A stretch of 64,000 nucleotides of DNA from Chiloscyllium plagiosum. Taxonomy: Eukaryota. Location: the NCBI RefSeq assembly GCF_004010195.1, contig NC_057718.1, positions 18,043,748 to 18,107,747 on the forward strand. Direction: 5' to 3'. Shown piece after piece: positions 24,514-37,279 of the stretch. The translations under genes were made by a program, and so were the position numbers. Below the pieces are notes generated by a model. It worked only from the letters and a program-made list of their open reading frames with translations. It did not search any database and was not told the DNA's origin. The stretch's first letter is position 1. Each line of letters opens with the position of its first letter.

Positions 24514-25712
24514 AATCATCAGGTAACCAGTATCATTTGTTTAGGAAGCTCGAGAGTGCAATATTGAGTGTTTTTGATGTAGGTGCATGCCAGCAACACT
24601 GAAGGAACAGCTGTGTAATAGCATAATGGTCCTGAGTGCAAAATTATGTAGAAGGTGAATATTAATGAACTGCTTTTCTCTCATGATTGCAGACATAGTT
24701 CATGCTTCTCCATTGCACTACAGTCTTATGGCCTTCCCATCTCTGTAGGTCCCTGCAGTTTGTCCATACTGAAGCACCATCCAGTCCATTGCCAATGAAT
24801 CTTTAAAACGATGTACAAAAAGTAATTTGTAATTGTCAAGGCTAAAGGATTCAAAAAATCCTCAGGAGGGAAAGAGAAGTCAATCAATAAAACCTATATG
24901 GCCAATTAGTTTATCTTCCTGCATTTTGATTTGTGTCACTTTTTCAATGAGAGTGAGCTTTGGGAATGTGAGACCATTTGCTGTTGCTGTGGATAATATG
25001 GTGAGACTGTGCTGCCCAAGTAATTGTTAGATGTACACTGACCATGAAACACGTAGCTGCAATAGAAGGTTTGAGAGAACAACAATCATGTTCTTTATAG
25101 ATTGGTAAACTAATTTAATTTAAAACTAACCTGTGTTTACATGCCTCAGGCTAAAATGGATCTTTGCCCAGGATGAATTTTTATTTTGAACATTGTATTC
25201 TGTACACTGCCAGAGTCAGTATGTAAAGGGTTAACACCCTGTGCCAGTACAAATTCTCAAGTGTAAAGAATAGGCACCTGAGGCAAATGAAATTTGCAGC
25301 CTTGAGTCACAAGGTGGGTTGTAGTTAAATAAAAACTGACTAATTCTGACAAGAACCCATCTGACAGGCTATTTTGTGAATTTTGTGATCCCTGTTGAGC
25401 CACTGAGTTTTTATTTCTTTTCAAAGACCAAGCAAGCAGTGCAGGGGAAAATATATTGTCCTTGTGCCAAGCTAGATATTGTTAATTCATCCATTTACCA
25501 TGCATGAAACCGTTTATTAGTTTGAAACCTGATTATCCAGACTATCGACTGTAAGGAGGAGAATTCATGTGATGAATTCCAGTAGCTGGCATACAAGTAG
25601 ATAGGACTCTGTTATGATCCCTGGCTTATTCTATCATTTAGCCAGGTTCTGGCCAGTATGAAGTGCACTCCAGAAACCAGAGACAGAAAGATAGGAAAGA
25701 GAGGAAATATTC

Positions 25713-26015
25713 TAGGGTGGGGGAGTCCAAAACTAGAGGGCATAGGTTTATGGTGAGAGGGGAAAGATTTAAAAAGGACATGAGGGGTAACTTTTTCAAG
25801 TAGAGGGTGGTGCGTCTATGGAACGAGCTGCCAGGAGAAGTGGTGGAGGCAGGTAAAATTACAACATTTGAAAGGCTATCTGGATGGTATATGAATAGGA
25901 AAGGTTTAGAGGGATATGGGCCAAATTGCTGGCAAATGGGACTAAGTCAGATTGGGATGTCTGGTCAGTGTGGACGTGTTGGATCGAAGGCTCTGTTTCC
26001 ATGCTGTATGATTCT
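25713..26015 (+). mobile_element. CR1 LINE 3' end
   Basis: VVRLWNELPGEVVEAG...GLEGYGP frame and tail. Confidence 0.85.
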
Positions 26016-26026
26016 ATTTGCACCAG

Positions 26027-26213
26027 GTCAGGCAGCACCCAAGGAGTAGGAGAATCGACTTTTCGGGCAAAATCCCTTCATCAGGAATTCCTGGTGAATG
26101 ACTTTTACCCAAAACGTCGATTCTCCTGCTCTTTTGATGCTTCCTGACCTGCTGTACTTTTCCTGCACTACACTCTCGACGCTAATCTCCAGCATCTACA
26201 ATCGTCACTTTCA
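26027..26213. mobile_element. Head-to-head hammerhead palindrome mini-element
   Basis: Symmetry centre GGAA|TTCC at 26087/26088 with hammerhead motifs on both strands; imperfect TSD TCTATTTGCACCAG / TCTATTTATACCAG. Confidence 0.78.
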
Positions 26214-26507
26214 TCTATTTATACCAGTCCACCAAGGCACAACAAAGACCAGATTTCTACAGAGATGGTTTGTTTTCTTACCTGAGACTCCAAAAGGACA
26301 GTTCTCACTGCAGATACGAAATATACCTTTTGACACCTTCCCCTTCCATGCATGGAAACATGAGTTGTCACTTATGTGTGATTCCTCAACAATTCATCCT
26401 GTAATAACATGAAAGAACCCAAGTAAACCGATGGTTCTAATGTGTTTTTATTTTGTGTTTGTCACTACAATCTTAAAGAGAAAAAATATAGAGGTTGATG
26501 TGGAACA

Positions 26508-26735
26508 TGTTTGCACATTCTCCCAGTGTCTGTGTGGGTTTCCTCCGGGTGCTCCGGTTTCCTCCCACAATCCAAAAATGTGCAGGTTAGGTGAATTGGC
26601 CATGCTAAATTGCCCATAGTGTTAGGTGCAAGGGTAAATGTAGGGGAATAGGTCTGAGTGGGTGCGCTTCAGCGGGTCGGTATGGACTTGTTGGGCTGAA
26701 GGGCCTGTTTCCACACTGTAAGTAATCTAATCTAA
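26508..26735 (+). mobile_element. HE1-type SINE, 5'-truncated
   Basis: V-domain plus tail ending TAATCTAATCTAA. Confidence 0.88.
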
Positions 26736-27779
26736 AAAAAAAACATGAGCTGTCTAAAAATGAGATGATGGATATAACACTCAAATGAATGATGCAGAGA
26801 GACAGAATAGAGTTTAAGTGTGGAGTAATCTGAGTCTGTGCCAAAATACCATGAATACTACTGGTGCTAGATTTCAGAATGACAGAATGATTGGCATTGT
26901 GATCCTCTCCAGTACAAATCCAGGTCTGACTAGGTCAAAACTAGGGGACGCCAGTAAATCTTGATCTGGATTCATCCGGGTTTCATACTGGTCCAATATG
27001 GGTTTTTCCCTCTGGGTCAGGAACTGCTACCAGTTGCTGATCCAGATGAAGATGGTCCCTGCTACTGGATGGCTGTTAGCCAAGCAATGTCAAAGCCCAG
27101 TACATTTAGTAATAGCCGAGGGAAGTTTTAAAAGAAGCGTGAGCCCCGTTCCGCTCTGCTATTCGGTTATTCTTACAAGGATTTGTGTGACCGTCTGTCT
27201 GGCGGTTTGCCTTAGCAGCTTAACAAGGCATGCCTTCTAACATGCCAGCTTGTTCCACCAATTCACACACCATTCAACAAATACACTGCCAATGTGTCAA
27301 AACTGGTCAAGCCCAAATTAGACTGAAACCTCGAGACCCACAGCAGGACTGAGATAGCTTTTTATTTGCTCATGTTTGTGCCAGTCCTCGGTGGTTATGG
27401 GGGGAAACCTATTGCAGCATAGCTATTCACCAAGGCCAGTATCTTGGAGCATGAACATGTCCCTTTAGACTGATGGTGTCACTTGGATTGAGAGTGGCTG
27501 CTTACTTTTTAAAAAAGACCACCCTTTGTCCTCTCTGTTGTAGCAAAAGCTGCCTCCTTCATCTTATTCTAGCCAAGCTGTATTTGTTTGCAGATTTACT
27601 CCAATCCTTGCCTGTGATTGTTTTCAGACTATCATTACTTTGAAACATGTAATTTTCCTTCAGATCCTGGATCAAGAATGGATTGTATCAAGTAATGCTT
27701 ATGCCAATTCAGGGAAGATTTTGCATTAGTGCAGGATTGGTTCTGTTCCCCTGCATTGTTCCTGGCTTGCTCCAGAGTG

Positions 27780-28150
27780 ATGTAGAAAAGATAGAACTTG
27801 CATTTATACAATGCTATTCATGGCCTCAGGATGTTCCAAAGCACTCTGCAATAATGAAATCCTTTTGAATGTGGCCATTGTAGCAATGTCGGGAGCATAG
27901 TAGGCAATTGACATACAAATAGCACAAGTTCCCACAAAAAGCTATGTAATTATGTTAGTGGAAGAAGTAATGTAGGCCAGCACACCCAGGAGGATACCCG
28001 GATATTCCCTAATTGTGCCAGGGAATCTTCACATTTACCTGAAAACACAGATGTGCCCTCAATTTTAAGGTCTCATCCAAAACACAGCACCTCTGACAGT
28101 ACAGGAACCCCCTCAATATTGTACCGAGGTAGTCTCGATTTTGCTCAAAT
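27780..28150 (-). mobile_element. Deu-domain SINE remnant
   Basis: GAACTTGCATTTATA end and GTGCCAGGGAATCTT...AGCACCTCTGACAGTACAG (reverse Deu domain). Confidence 0.55.
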
Positions 28151-28876
28151 CTTTGGGAGAAGAGATATGGAGGCGAACAAAACAAGAGGATATGGCAGCA
28201 TTACAGGGCAGATAATGATAACCAGAGTAGAACAGGAAGGGATGGAATATGCAAACTAGAAAAAAAGAGGTGAAAAGGGGAGAAAGGTGGAGGCAAGATG
28301 GTAAAAGGGCAGAACTATAGGCGTTTTATTTGAATATATATCGTATTTAGAGCAAAGGGGATGGAATAACAGCACAAATGCAAATATGGCCCCCTGAGCT
28401 CTTCAAAAAGATACCTGTTTCTGCACCTTATGTGTTGTAAGCTACAGGGCTATGGGCTATATGCAGGAAGATGATATTCGAAAGAATATCTGCGTATCTT
28501 TAGGTTGGCATGGACAAGATGGGCCAAGTGGTTCCCTTTATATCGTTTCTATGGTTTCTAAATCCAGGTAAATGGGTATGATCTTACAGCCGTTACAAAG
28601 ACATGGTTACAGGGAGAGCAAAGACAAAGACATGACATTTTGAAAGGACAGACCAGAAAGAAAGGATAGTAGGATAGCTGTGTTGGTATGGGATGGAATA
28701 ACTATGATAGCAAGGTATAATCTTGAATTGGAAGATGTAGAATCCATATAGGTGAAGGTAAGGAGTGAAAAAAGAAAAATGCATCAGTAGATGTAATCAA
28801 TAGGTCCCCTAATAATAGCAATATGATGAACAAAGAATAAATCAGGAGATAATGAGGGCATGTGGTAAAGGCAGTA

Positions 28877-29050
28877 CAGAACAACCTCGGTTATCCGAAC
28901 ATCAATTATCTGAATTTTGGATTATCCGAACAAGATCTCAAGGTCCCGTAAAAATGTTATCTATTATTCAAATAATTAGTTATCCGAACACTCAGTTATC
29001 CAAACAAAATATTCCTCGCCTAACTCGTTCGGATAATCAAGGTTGTTCTG
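28877..29050. mobile_element. Tc1/mariner-superfamily (Tigger/pogo-like) MITE
   Basis: Imperfect ~24-bp TIR CAGAACAACCTCGGTTATCCGAAC / GTTCGGATAATCAAGGTTGTTCTG, TA on the left flank, internal TTATCCGAAC repeats. Confidence 0.75.
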
Positions 29051-29434
29051 AACATTATTCATAGATTACTTTATTCTTCATGTAGATCGGGGTAGTCAGA
29101 TTGCCAGAGATAATCATGAGGAAGTATTATAGAGTCTTCTGGACAGTCTCCTCCAACAATATGTTATGGATCTAACTAGGGATCAGGCTTTTTTGGATCT
29201 TATGATGTGTAATGACAAGTTTGTAAATGATGTCAGAGTAAAAGATCCCTGAAGAAACAGTGACTATAATATGCTAGAATTTAGCATTCATTTTAAGATG
29301 AGGAACTTGGTTTAAAAGCAACTGTGCTAAGTTTGAATAAAGGTAATTATAAATGACTGAGGGCAGAGATGGCTGGAATGGAATGGGAAAGGAGCTTAAC
29401 AGCAAAGGGACGAGAGCAGATGTTTAAGAAAATA

Positions 29435-29962
29435 GGTGGCAAGGTGGCTCAGTGGTTAGCACTGCTGCCTCACAGCACCAGGGTCCCAAGTTCGATTCCA
29501 GCCTTGGGCGACTGTCTGTGTGGAGTTTGCACATTCTCTCCGTGTCTGCGTGGGTTTCCTCCCACAGTTCAAAGATGTGCAGATCAGGTGAATTGTCTGT
29601 GCTAGATTGGTCAGCTGGAAATGGGTCTGGGTGGGTCACTTTTCGGAGGGTCGGTGTGGACTTGTTGGGCCAAAGGGCCTGTTTCCACACTGCAGAGAAT
29701 TTAATTTGGGCGGCACAGTGGTTAGCACTGCTGCCTCACAGCGCCAGAGACTCGGGTTCAATTCCCACCTCAGGCGACTGTCTGTGTGGAGTTTGCACAT
29801 TCTCGTGGGTTTCCTCCGGGTTCTCCAGTTTCCTCCCACTGTCCAAAAATGTGCAGGTTAGGTTAATTGGTTAGTGTTAGGTGAAGGGGTAAATGTAGGA
29901 GAATGGGTCAGTGTGGACTTGTTGGGCCGAAGTGCCTGTTTCCACACTGGAGAGAATCTAAT
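29435..29962 (+). mobile_element. Two tandem HE1-type SINEs
   Basis: Heads at ~29435 and ~29708, each with V-domain and tail. Confidence 0.9.
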
Positions 29963-30674
29963 CAAAAAATAGTTCATGGCTGACAGCAGAAACAGATCCA
30001 AGTGAGGAAGAAGGATTCTAGGGAGAGGGTAAGTTAACCATGGAAGTTAAAGATAGCTTCACATTGCAAGAAACCATACAATGTGGCAAAGATTAGTGGT
30101 TAGCCAGAGAATTAGGACTGTTTTAAAACCAAAAATATAGAGGGAGAAGATAAGTCTTGAGGGTAAACTTGTAACTAAATAAAAATGGGCAGCAAGAATG
30201 TTTTCAAATATATAAAAATGAAAAGAGAGGCCAAAGTTAACAGGCTCCTTAGAGTTTGAGGCCGGGGGTATAATAATGAGGAAACAGCAAATGGCAGAAG
30301 ATATTTTGCTTCAGTCTTTCTAGTAGAAAACAATAGTAGCATTCTAAAAGCTACTAGACTATCAAGGGTGCGTTCTAGGATATTGAAGGAAAAGATAACA
30401 TAGATAGTGAATGCTCTGGTAGTAATCTTTCAAGAAACTATAGTCCACCTTAGCTTAACATTTGTTATTAGGAAATGCTAGAATCTATTATAGAGGATGA
30501 AATAGTGGAGCATTTAGAAATATACCATATGGTCAAGCTGAATCAGTGCAGCTTCACAATGGGGATATTATACCTGTCAAATTTATTAGAATTCTTTGAG
30601 GAGGTATCAAGCAGAATAGATAAGGGGAAGTAGTGGAGGTAACACTTTTGGATTTTCGGAAGATGTTTGATAAT

Positions 30675-31480
30675 AGAGTCATAGAGATGTACAGCATCGA
30701 AACAGACCCTTCGGTCCAATTCATCCATGCCGACCAGATATCCCAACCCAATCTAGTCCCACCTGCCAGCACCCGGCCCATATCCCTCCAAACCCTTCCT
30801 AGTCATATACCCATCCAAATGCCTCTTAAATGTTGCAATTGTACTAACCTCTACCACTTCCTCTGGCAGCTCATTCCATACACATACCACCCTCTGTGTG
30901 AAAAAGTTGCCCCGTAGGTCTCTTTTATATCTTTCCCCTCTCACCCTAAACCAATGCCCTCTAGTTCTGGACTCCCTGACCCGAGGGAAAGACTTTGCCT
31001 ATTTACCCTATCCATGCCCCTCATAATTTTGTAAACCTCTATAAGGTCACCCCTCAGCCTCTGATGCTCCAGGGAAAACAGCCCCAGCTTGTTCAGCCTC
31101 TCCCTGTAGCTCAAATCCTCCAACCCTGGCAACATCCTTGTAAATCTTTTCTGAACCCTTTCAAGTTTCACAACAACTTTCTGATAGGAAGGAGACCAGA
31201 ATTACATGCAATATTCCAACAGTGGCCTAATCAATGTCCTGTCCAGCCGCAACATGACCTCCCAACTCCTGTACTCAATACTCTGACAAATAAAGGAAAG
31301 CATACCAAACACCTTCTTCACTATCCTATCTACCTGCAACTCCACTTACAAGGTGCTATGAACCTGCACTCCAAGGTCTCTTTGTTCAGCAACACTCCCT
31401 GGGACCTTACCATTAAGTGTATAAGTCCTGCTAAGATTTGCTTTCCCAAAATGCAGCACCTCGCATTTATTTGAATTAAA
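30675..31480 (-). mobile_element. CR1/HER1 LINE 3' fragment nested in an older CR1
   Basis: KLERVQKRFTRMLPGLEDLSY...; closely similar to the 21423 copy; the host CR1 resumes at ~31482. Confidence 0.92.
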
Positions 31481-32368
31481 CTACCACATATTAAGTTATT
31501 TAATAAGATAAGAGCCCATGGTGTTGGAGGTAGTACATTAGCATGGATATAGGATTGACTAATTCATAGAAGACACAAAGTTGGGATGAAGGGACATTTT
31601 CAGGATGACAACCTGTAACAAGTGCAACAGCGATTAGTGCTAGGGCTGGAATTTTTTACAACATATGTTAAAAACTTGGACGAGGAAAGTGAATGTATAA
31701 CCAAATTTGCAGAAGACACAAAAATAAGCAAGTGGTGAAGGTGACACAAAGAGTCTCTGGATGGATATACGGATAGAATAAGTGACTGGATAAAAACTTG
31801 GCAGGTGGAATATTCTGTGGGAAAATGTGAGTTTCTGCACCTTGGCAGGAAGAAAAGAGGAGACGGATATTAGTTAAATGGAGAAAAACTGTAAAAAGCT
31901 ACAGAACAGAGGGACCTGAGAGTCTTTGTCCATGAAACAGAAAAAACATTCAAGTTCAGCAGGTAGTAGGGAAGGCAAATGGAATGTTGGTCTTTATTTC
32001 AAAGGAATTGGATTATAAAAGTAAAGAGGGTTTTCTAAAACTTTACAAGGCACTAGTCAGACCACAGTTGGAATGCTATGTACAGTTTTGGGTCCCTTAT
32101 CTAAGAAAAGAGAGATTGGCATTGGAGGCAGTCCAGAGGTTTACAAGACTGATACCAGGTATAGAGGGACTGTCCTGTGAAGAGATGTTGAATAATTGGG
32201 CCTTTACTCAATGGAATTTAAAAGAATTAGAGGTGAGCTCATTGAAACATGCAGGGTTTGTAGAGGATCTGACATGGTACACACTGAAAAGTTGTTTCCT
32301 CTTGTAGAACTAGAGGCAAAATTGCAAATAATGTGTCATACATTTAAGACAAAGATGAGGAAGAATTT

Positions 32369-32543
32369 GAGTTAATGTTTCGAGTCCAGTGACTCTTCTT
32401 CAAAACAGTTCTGAAGAAAGGTCACAGGACCTGAAAGGTTAACTCTGATTTCTTTCCACGGATGCTGCCAGACCTGTTGAGTTTTCCAGAAATTTCTGGT
32501 TTTGTTTCTTATTTCCACCATCTGTGGTTCTTTTGGTTTTATT
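32369..32543. mobile_element. Head-to-head hammerhead PLE mini-insert (variant stem II), ~14-bp TSD
   Basis: Minus TTGAAGA-A-GAGTC-ACTG-GACTC-GAAAC-ATT; plus CTGAAGA-A-AGGTC-ACAG-GACCT-GAAAG-GTT; ATGAGGAAGAATTT (32355-32368) / ATGAGGAGGAATTT (32544-32557). Confidence 0.75.
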
Positions 32544-32796
32544 ATGAGGAGGAATTTCTTCTTTTGGAAGGCAGTTAATTTACAGAAATCTTTACCACAG
32601 AAGGCTAGAGAGACTGGGTAATTCAATATATTTAAGCCAGAGATAGATAGACATCCAATCACTAAGGGAATTAAGGGTTACAGAGAAAAGGCAAGTAAGT
32701 AGAGTTGAGGATTTTGAGATCATCCATGGTCTCAATAAATAACAGAGCAGACTCGATGGGTTGAATGGCCTGCTTCTCCTCCTATGTCTTATGGTC

Positions 32797-33265
32797 TGAT
32801 AGTCTTATGGATGAGTGTGGCTCAATATCATTCGAAAAGCTTGACACAATCCAAAACAAAGCAGCTGAATTGATTGACACCCCACCCAGCACCTTAAATG
32901 TTCACTGCCTCCATTACTGGTGCACAATGATAGCACTGTGTACCATATGCTCTGTAACAAATTACTGTGGTTTCTTCAACAGCATTGTTCATACCCATGA
33001 CCTCTGCTACCCAGAAGGACAACATCACCTACAAGTTCCCCTCCAAACCACACATTGTGTTAATTTGGAGCATTATTGCTATTTCTTCGTTGTTCCTGGG
33101 TCAAGGTCCTGGAACTCCCCTCCGAACTACACTGCGGGGTTACCTGAACCCTGTGGGCTGTAATGGTCTAAGAAGGTGGCTTCCCACCATCCTCTCAAGG
33201 GCAGTTAGGGACGTGTAATGAATGCAGCTTGACAAGAGCTGCCGATATCCTAGAAGCAAATTTAT
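32797..33265 (+). mobile_element. Ancient LINE 3' remnant (CR1/L2 group), distinct from HER1
   Basis: KLDTIQNKAAELI...LNVHCLHYW...SRSWNSPP; related copies at 51565-52310 (-) and 57915-58140 (+). Confidence 0.6.
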
Positions 33266-33482
33266 AAAATGTAGGAGTTGAAGCCCCTTTGAAACTGACA
33301 AGAGCTCAAAACCTTTTGGAAATATTTCCTCCTGTTTTCCAACACCTCAACTGGTGTTTGTCCTCTATTACAGTGCCATTATACTTTATACAGCAGTCTA
33401 GGGATGTGAGTATGTGCAGGCCATTTAACTGGGGTGGGAGCAGAGTACTACAACAAAGCTGACTATCCAACATATGTGCACT

Positions 33483-35285
33483 TGTTACACTGCGATCAGG
33501 ACGATGAAACACAGGTGTCTTTACCCAAACCCTGAGTTCAGGGGCGCAGTGAGCAATTGTGAAATGAACTAACTCAGAGGAGCAATACCAAAGAACTTGT
33601 GGTGGATATAGCTCAGGCAAACGCCACCCACAATGAATTCTCCATATTAACCCTTTCAGACCCATCTACAACATGTCCCCCCTTCAAACTTTTCTTCCAT
33701 TCTTCATTTTATAGAATTTTCAGATAATTACACTCACCACGACTCCATCATCCCCAAGTTACCCAGTTTACAAATTCAGATGAACTGGAGGTTTCATTAT
33801 TACCCAGAGTGGGTTCTCTTCAGATTTGGAAGACTGGTGCTTTGCTGACTTTCTGATAGTCTGAGGTCTGGAAAACCTTTAATCGAACACACTCTCCCTC
33901 ATGGAGGACACCTTCCCTGTGTTGGGAGGTCATGTTGCGCCTGTACAGGACATTGGTTAGGCCACTTTTGGAATATTGCATACAATTCGGGTCTCCTTCC
34001 TATTGGAAAGTTGTTGTGAAACTTGAAAGGGTTCAGAAAAGATTTACAAGGATGTTGCCAGGGTTGGAGGATTTGAGCTTTGGGGAGAGGCTGAACAGGC
34101 TGGGGCTATTTTCCCTGGAGCGTCGGAGGCTGAGGGGTGACCTTATAGAGATTTATAAAATCATGAGGGGCATGGATAGGGTAAATAGACAAAGTTTTTT
34201 CCCTGCGGTGGGGGAATCCAAAACTAGAGGGCATAGGTTTAGGGTGAGAGGGGAAAGATATAAAAGAGACCTAAAGGGCCAACTTTTTCACTCAGAGAGT
34301 TGGACGTGTATGGAATGAGCTGCCAGAGGAAGTGGTGGAGGCTGGTACAATTGCAACATTTAAAAGGCATTTGGATGGGTATATGAATAGGAAGGGTTTG
34401 GAGGGATATGATCCAGGTGCTGGCTGTTGGGACTAGATTGGGTTGGGATATCTGGTCGCCATGGATGAATTGGACCAAAGGGTCTCTTTCCGTGCTGTAC
34501 ATCTCTATGACTCTATGACTCTATGTTGATTGGTTTGGACTCTTTCATTCACGTTCAGTGATTGATTATTGGTGAAACCAACACCTTCATTTCAACAGTT
34601 CTGCCACTTGAGGTTTGTTTCTGACTTGATACAATCTCAATCATAGTTACTGATGACTCTTCCTGGAAAATAAGGTAGAAGAATATTGTGCTTGAACTTG
34701 TCTCTTCCAAGTCCCTTCAGCATCTAACGGCTGAGCTGAATTAGTCACAGCTATTGGGTCACCAACTTGTATCGCACTCTGAGTTATAGATTTGTCATGT
34801 TCTCCCCAGGTGGGGTGTATGCTGTTCATTGGCTATCGCATTTCTTGTTCGTTCTCACACACATTGTTGGCTCTTGCAGTCTGAATATTTTTCAGTGGTG
34901 ATGGCAAAACATTGTACCAATTCAATATAGTCAAAGGTTTGCATTTCATATGAAGCAAATTTCTCATGTAAACACTCAGCATTGAGAACGGCAACACTCC
35001 CACCATTGATTGCCTGCCATATGCATCCTCATGCTGTCCCACCATCCCACGCCATCCACAACAACTCAGAAAGGTGCAAACACCTTTTCTTTTCCTGGCA
35101 ATTTTTCACACCAAGACAAACTGTCTCATTTCCCCATTTGCGAATATTTTCAAGACGAACAATGGAAAGAAACAATATTAATGAAAAGAAATCCAAGCAA
35201 GTTACGTCCTTTTTAACGCAGTGGCAGTTTTTCTCCTGGTTTAGCTCCTATCCCGGAGAGTAATCTTCTTTCCCTGGAAGCTTCA
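33483..35285 (-). mobile_element. Possible LTR-retrotransposon remnant (3' LTR + PPT + decayed interior) split by a CR1
   Basis: On the minus strand, polypurine AAGGGGGGA lies just before TGTTGTAG (LTR start ~33673) and the putative LTR ends TGTAACA at 33483; interior not recognisable. Confidence 0.35.
33920..34525 (+). mobile_element. CR1/HER1 LINE 3' fragment
   Basis: MLRLYRTLVRPLLEYC...RRRLRGDLIEIYKIMRG; tail TCTATGACTCTATGACTCTATG. Confidence 0.93.
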
Positions 35286-35303
35286 GGCCAAGGATGGAGA
35301 CAT

Positions 35304-36042
35304 GAGCTGAAAATGTGTTGCTGGAAAAGCGCAGCAGGTCAGGCAGCATCCAAGGAGCAGGAGAATCGACGTTTCGGGCATAAGCCCTTCTTCAGGAATG
35401 AGGAAAGTGTGTCCAGCAGGCTAAGATAAAAGGTAGGGAGGAGGGACTTGGGGGATGTGGTCCCCTCTATATTGGGGAGACAGGCCGCCTACTTGTGGAA
35501 CGTTTCAGAGAACACCTCTGGGACACCCGGACCAACCAACCCAACCACCCTGTGGCCCAACACTTCAACTCCCCCTCCCACTCTACCAAGGACATGCAGG
35601 TCCTTGGACTCCTCCATCACCAGACCATAGCAACACGACGGTTGGAGGAAGAGCGCCTCATCTTCCGCCTAGGAACCCTCCAACCACAAGGGATGAACTC
35701 AGATTTCTCCAGTTTCCTCATTTCCCCTCCCCCCACCTTGTCTCAGTCAAATCCCTCGAACTCAGCACCACCTTCCTAACCTGCAATCTTCTTCCTGACC
35801 TCTCCGCCCCCACCCTCACCTTGACCTCCTTCCACCTATCGCATTTCCAAAGCCCCTCCCCCAAGTCCCTCCTCCCTACCTTTTATCTCAGCCTGCTGGA
35901 CACACTTTCCTCATTCCTGAAGAAGGGCTTATGCCCGAAACGTTGATACTCCTGTTCCTTGGATGCTGCCTGACCTGCTGCGCTTTTCCAGCAACACATT
36001 TTCAGCTCTGATCTCCAGCATCTGCAGTCCTCACTTTCTCCT
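35304..36042 (+). mobile_element. Penelope-like family A: inverted 5' terminus + GIY-YIG 3' part; ~15-bp TSD
   Basis: ERFREHLWDTR...PVAQHFNS...RLEEERLIFRLGTLQPQGMNSDF; CAAGGATGGAGACAT (35289-35303) / CAAGGATGGAAACAT (36043-36057); hammerheads at 35364-35399 (-) and 35913-35948 (+). Confidence 0.9.
35364..35399 (-). ncRNA. Minimal hammerhead ribozyme motif (intact core)
   Basis: Reverse complement ATTC-CTGAAGA-A-GGGC-TTAT-GCCC-GAAAC-GTC-GATT. Confidence 0.75.
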
Positions 36043-36529
36043 CAAGGATGGAAACATATCAACCACAGATTTGACATCAGAACACATACTTGGGAAAATT
36101 GGTCCCTTGGAGTATTGCATATTAGCAATCAATAGCTGTCAACATTATAAAAATCATACCTAATGATTATAAGCTGCAGCTTTACTGTTGTGTTCAGATG
36201 TTTATTCTCACAGTTTATGACTGTATCGGGATCATTGATGAGCTGACAGTTTAGTAATAATTATTGGAATCCTGTTATCCAGGCTGCGTCTGGGTTGTCC
36301 TACAAACATCTTCTATTATGGAGAAGGCACTGTAATACAGACTGACAGAGTCATGCAGCACAGAAACAGACCTCTTCAGTCCAACTCATCCATGCCAATC
36401 ATGTTACCTAAACTGAACCACTCCCATTCACCTGTGTTTGCTCCATAGCCCTTTAAACCTTTTCTATTCATGTACCTCTCCAAATATCTTTTAAATGTAT
36501 TACTGCAAATTACTTCAGCTCCTGAAATC

Positions 36530-36965
36530 TGTACTGAAAACGAAAATGCTGGAAATCCAAAGTAGACAGGCAGGATTCTGGAAGAACACAGCAAGGTAGG
36601 CAGCATCAGGAGGTGGAGAAGTTGACGTTTTGGGTATAACCCTTCTTCAGTCCTGAGTCATGTAGTCCTAAATAAATGCCGCCTTCTCCACCTCCTGATG
36701 CTGCCTGGCTTTCTGTGTTCTTCCAGCTTCCTGGAAAGCACAGCAGGTCAGGCAGCATCCATGGAGACAGAGCAAGCTAATGTTTTGAGTCTAGATGACT
36801 CTTCATCAGCGTTGACATGAAGTGTGGAGGGGGCAGCATTTATGCATTGGTTGGGTGCGGGGTGGTCGTGAAGTGCCTATGGAGAGTGAGTGCTGGCAGT
36901 GCAGATTAAATGATCCGAATGTGAGAATGGTGTGTCTAACTGCCAAACTGTAAGGAGCAGATGGT
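36530..36965. mobile_element. Cluster of PLE terminal fragments with two variant hammerhead motifs
   Basis: Minus CTGAAGA-A-GGGT-TAT-ACCC-AAAAC-GTC (36621-36650) and CTGATGA-A-GAGTC-ATCTA-GACTC-AAAAC-ATT (36777-36809); short inverted arms. Confidence 0.65.
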
Positions 36966-37279
36966 CCCACTTTTAAATGTTGCAATTGTACCCATCTCTG
37001 CCACTTCCTCTGGCAGCTCATTCCATACATGTATCACCCTCTGCGTGAAAACGTTGCCTCTCAGGTCCCTTTTACATTTTTCCCCTCTCACCTTAAACTT
37101 ATGCCCTCTAATTTTGGACTCTCTTACCCTCAGAAAAAAGACCTTGGCTATTTACCTTATCTATGCCCCTCATGATTTTATAAACCTCTATAAGATCAAC
37201 TCGCAGCCTCCGATGTTCCAGCGAAAAATGTCTCATCTTTCCAGCCTCTCCTTATAAATCAAAACCTCTAGTCCCAGCA

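Larger units (their letters stand above)
28310..32797 (+). mobile_element. Long decayed CR1 LINE ORF2 with several nested elements
   Basis: APE-like segment (ESI.VKVR, NRSPNN), RT segments (LDFRKMFD, KFAEDTK) and LVRPQLECYVQFW; 3' tail ~32760; interrupted by a MITE, two SINEs, a CR1 and a PLE insert. Confidence 0.8.
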
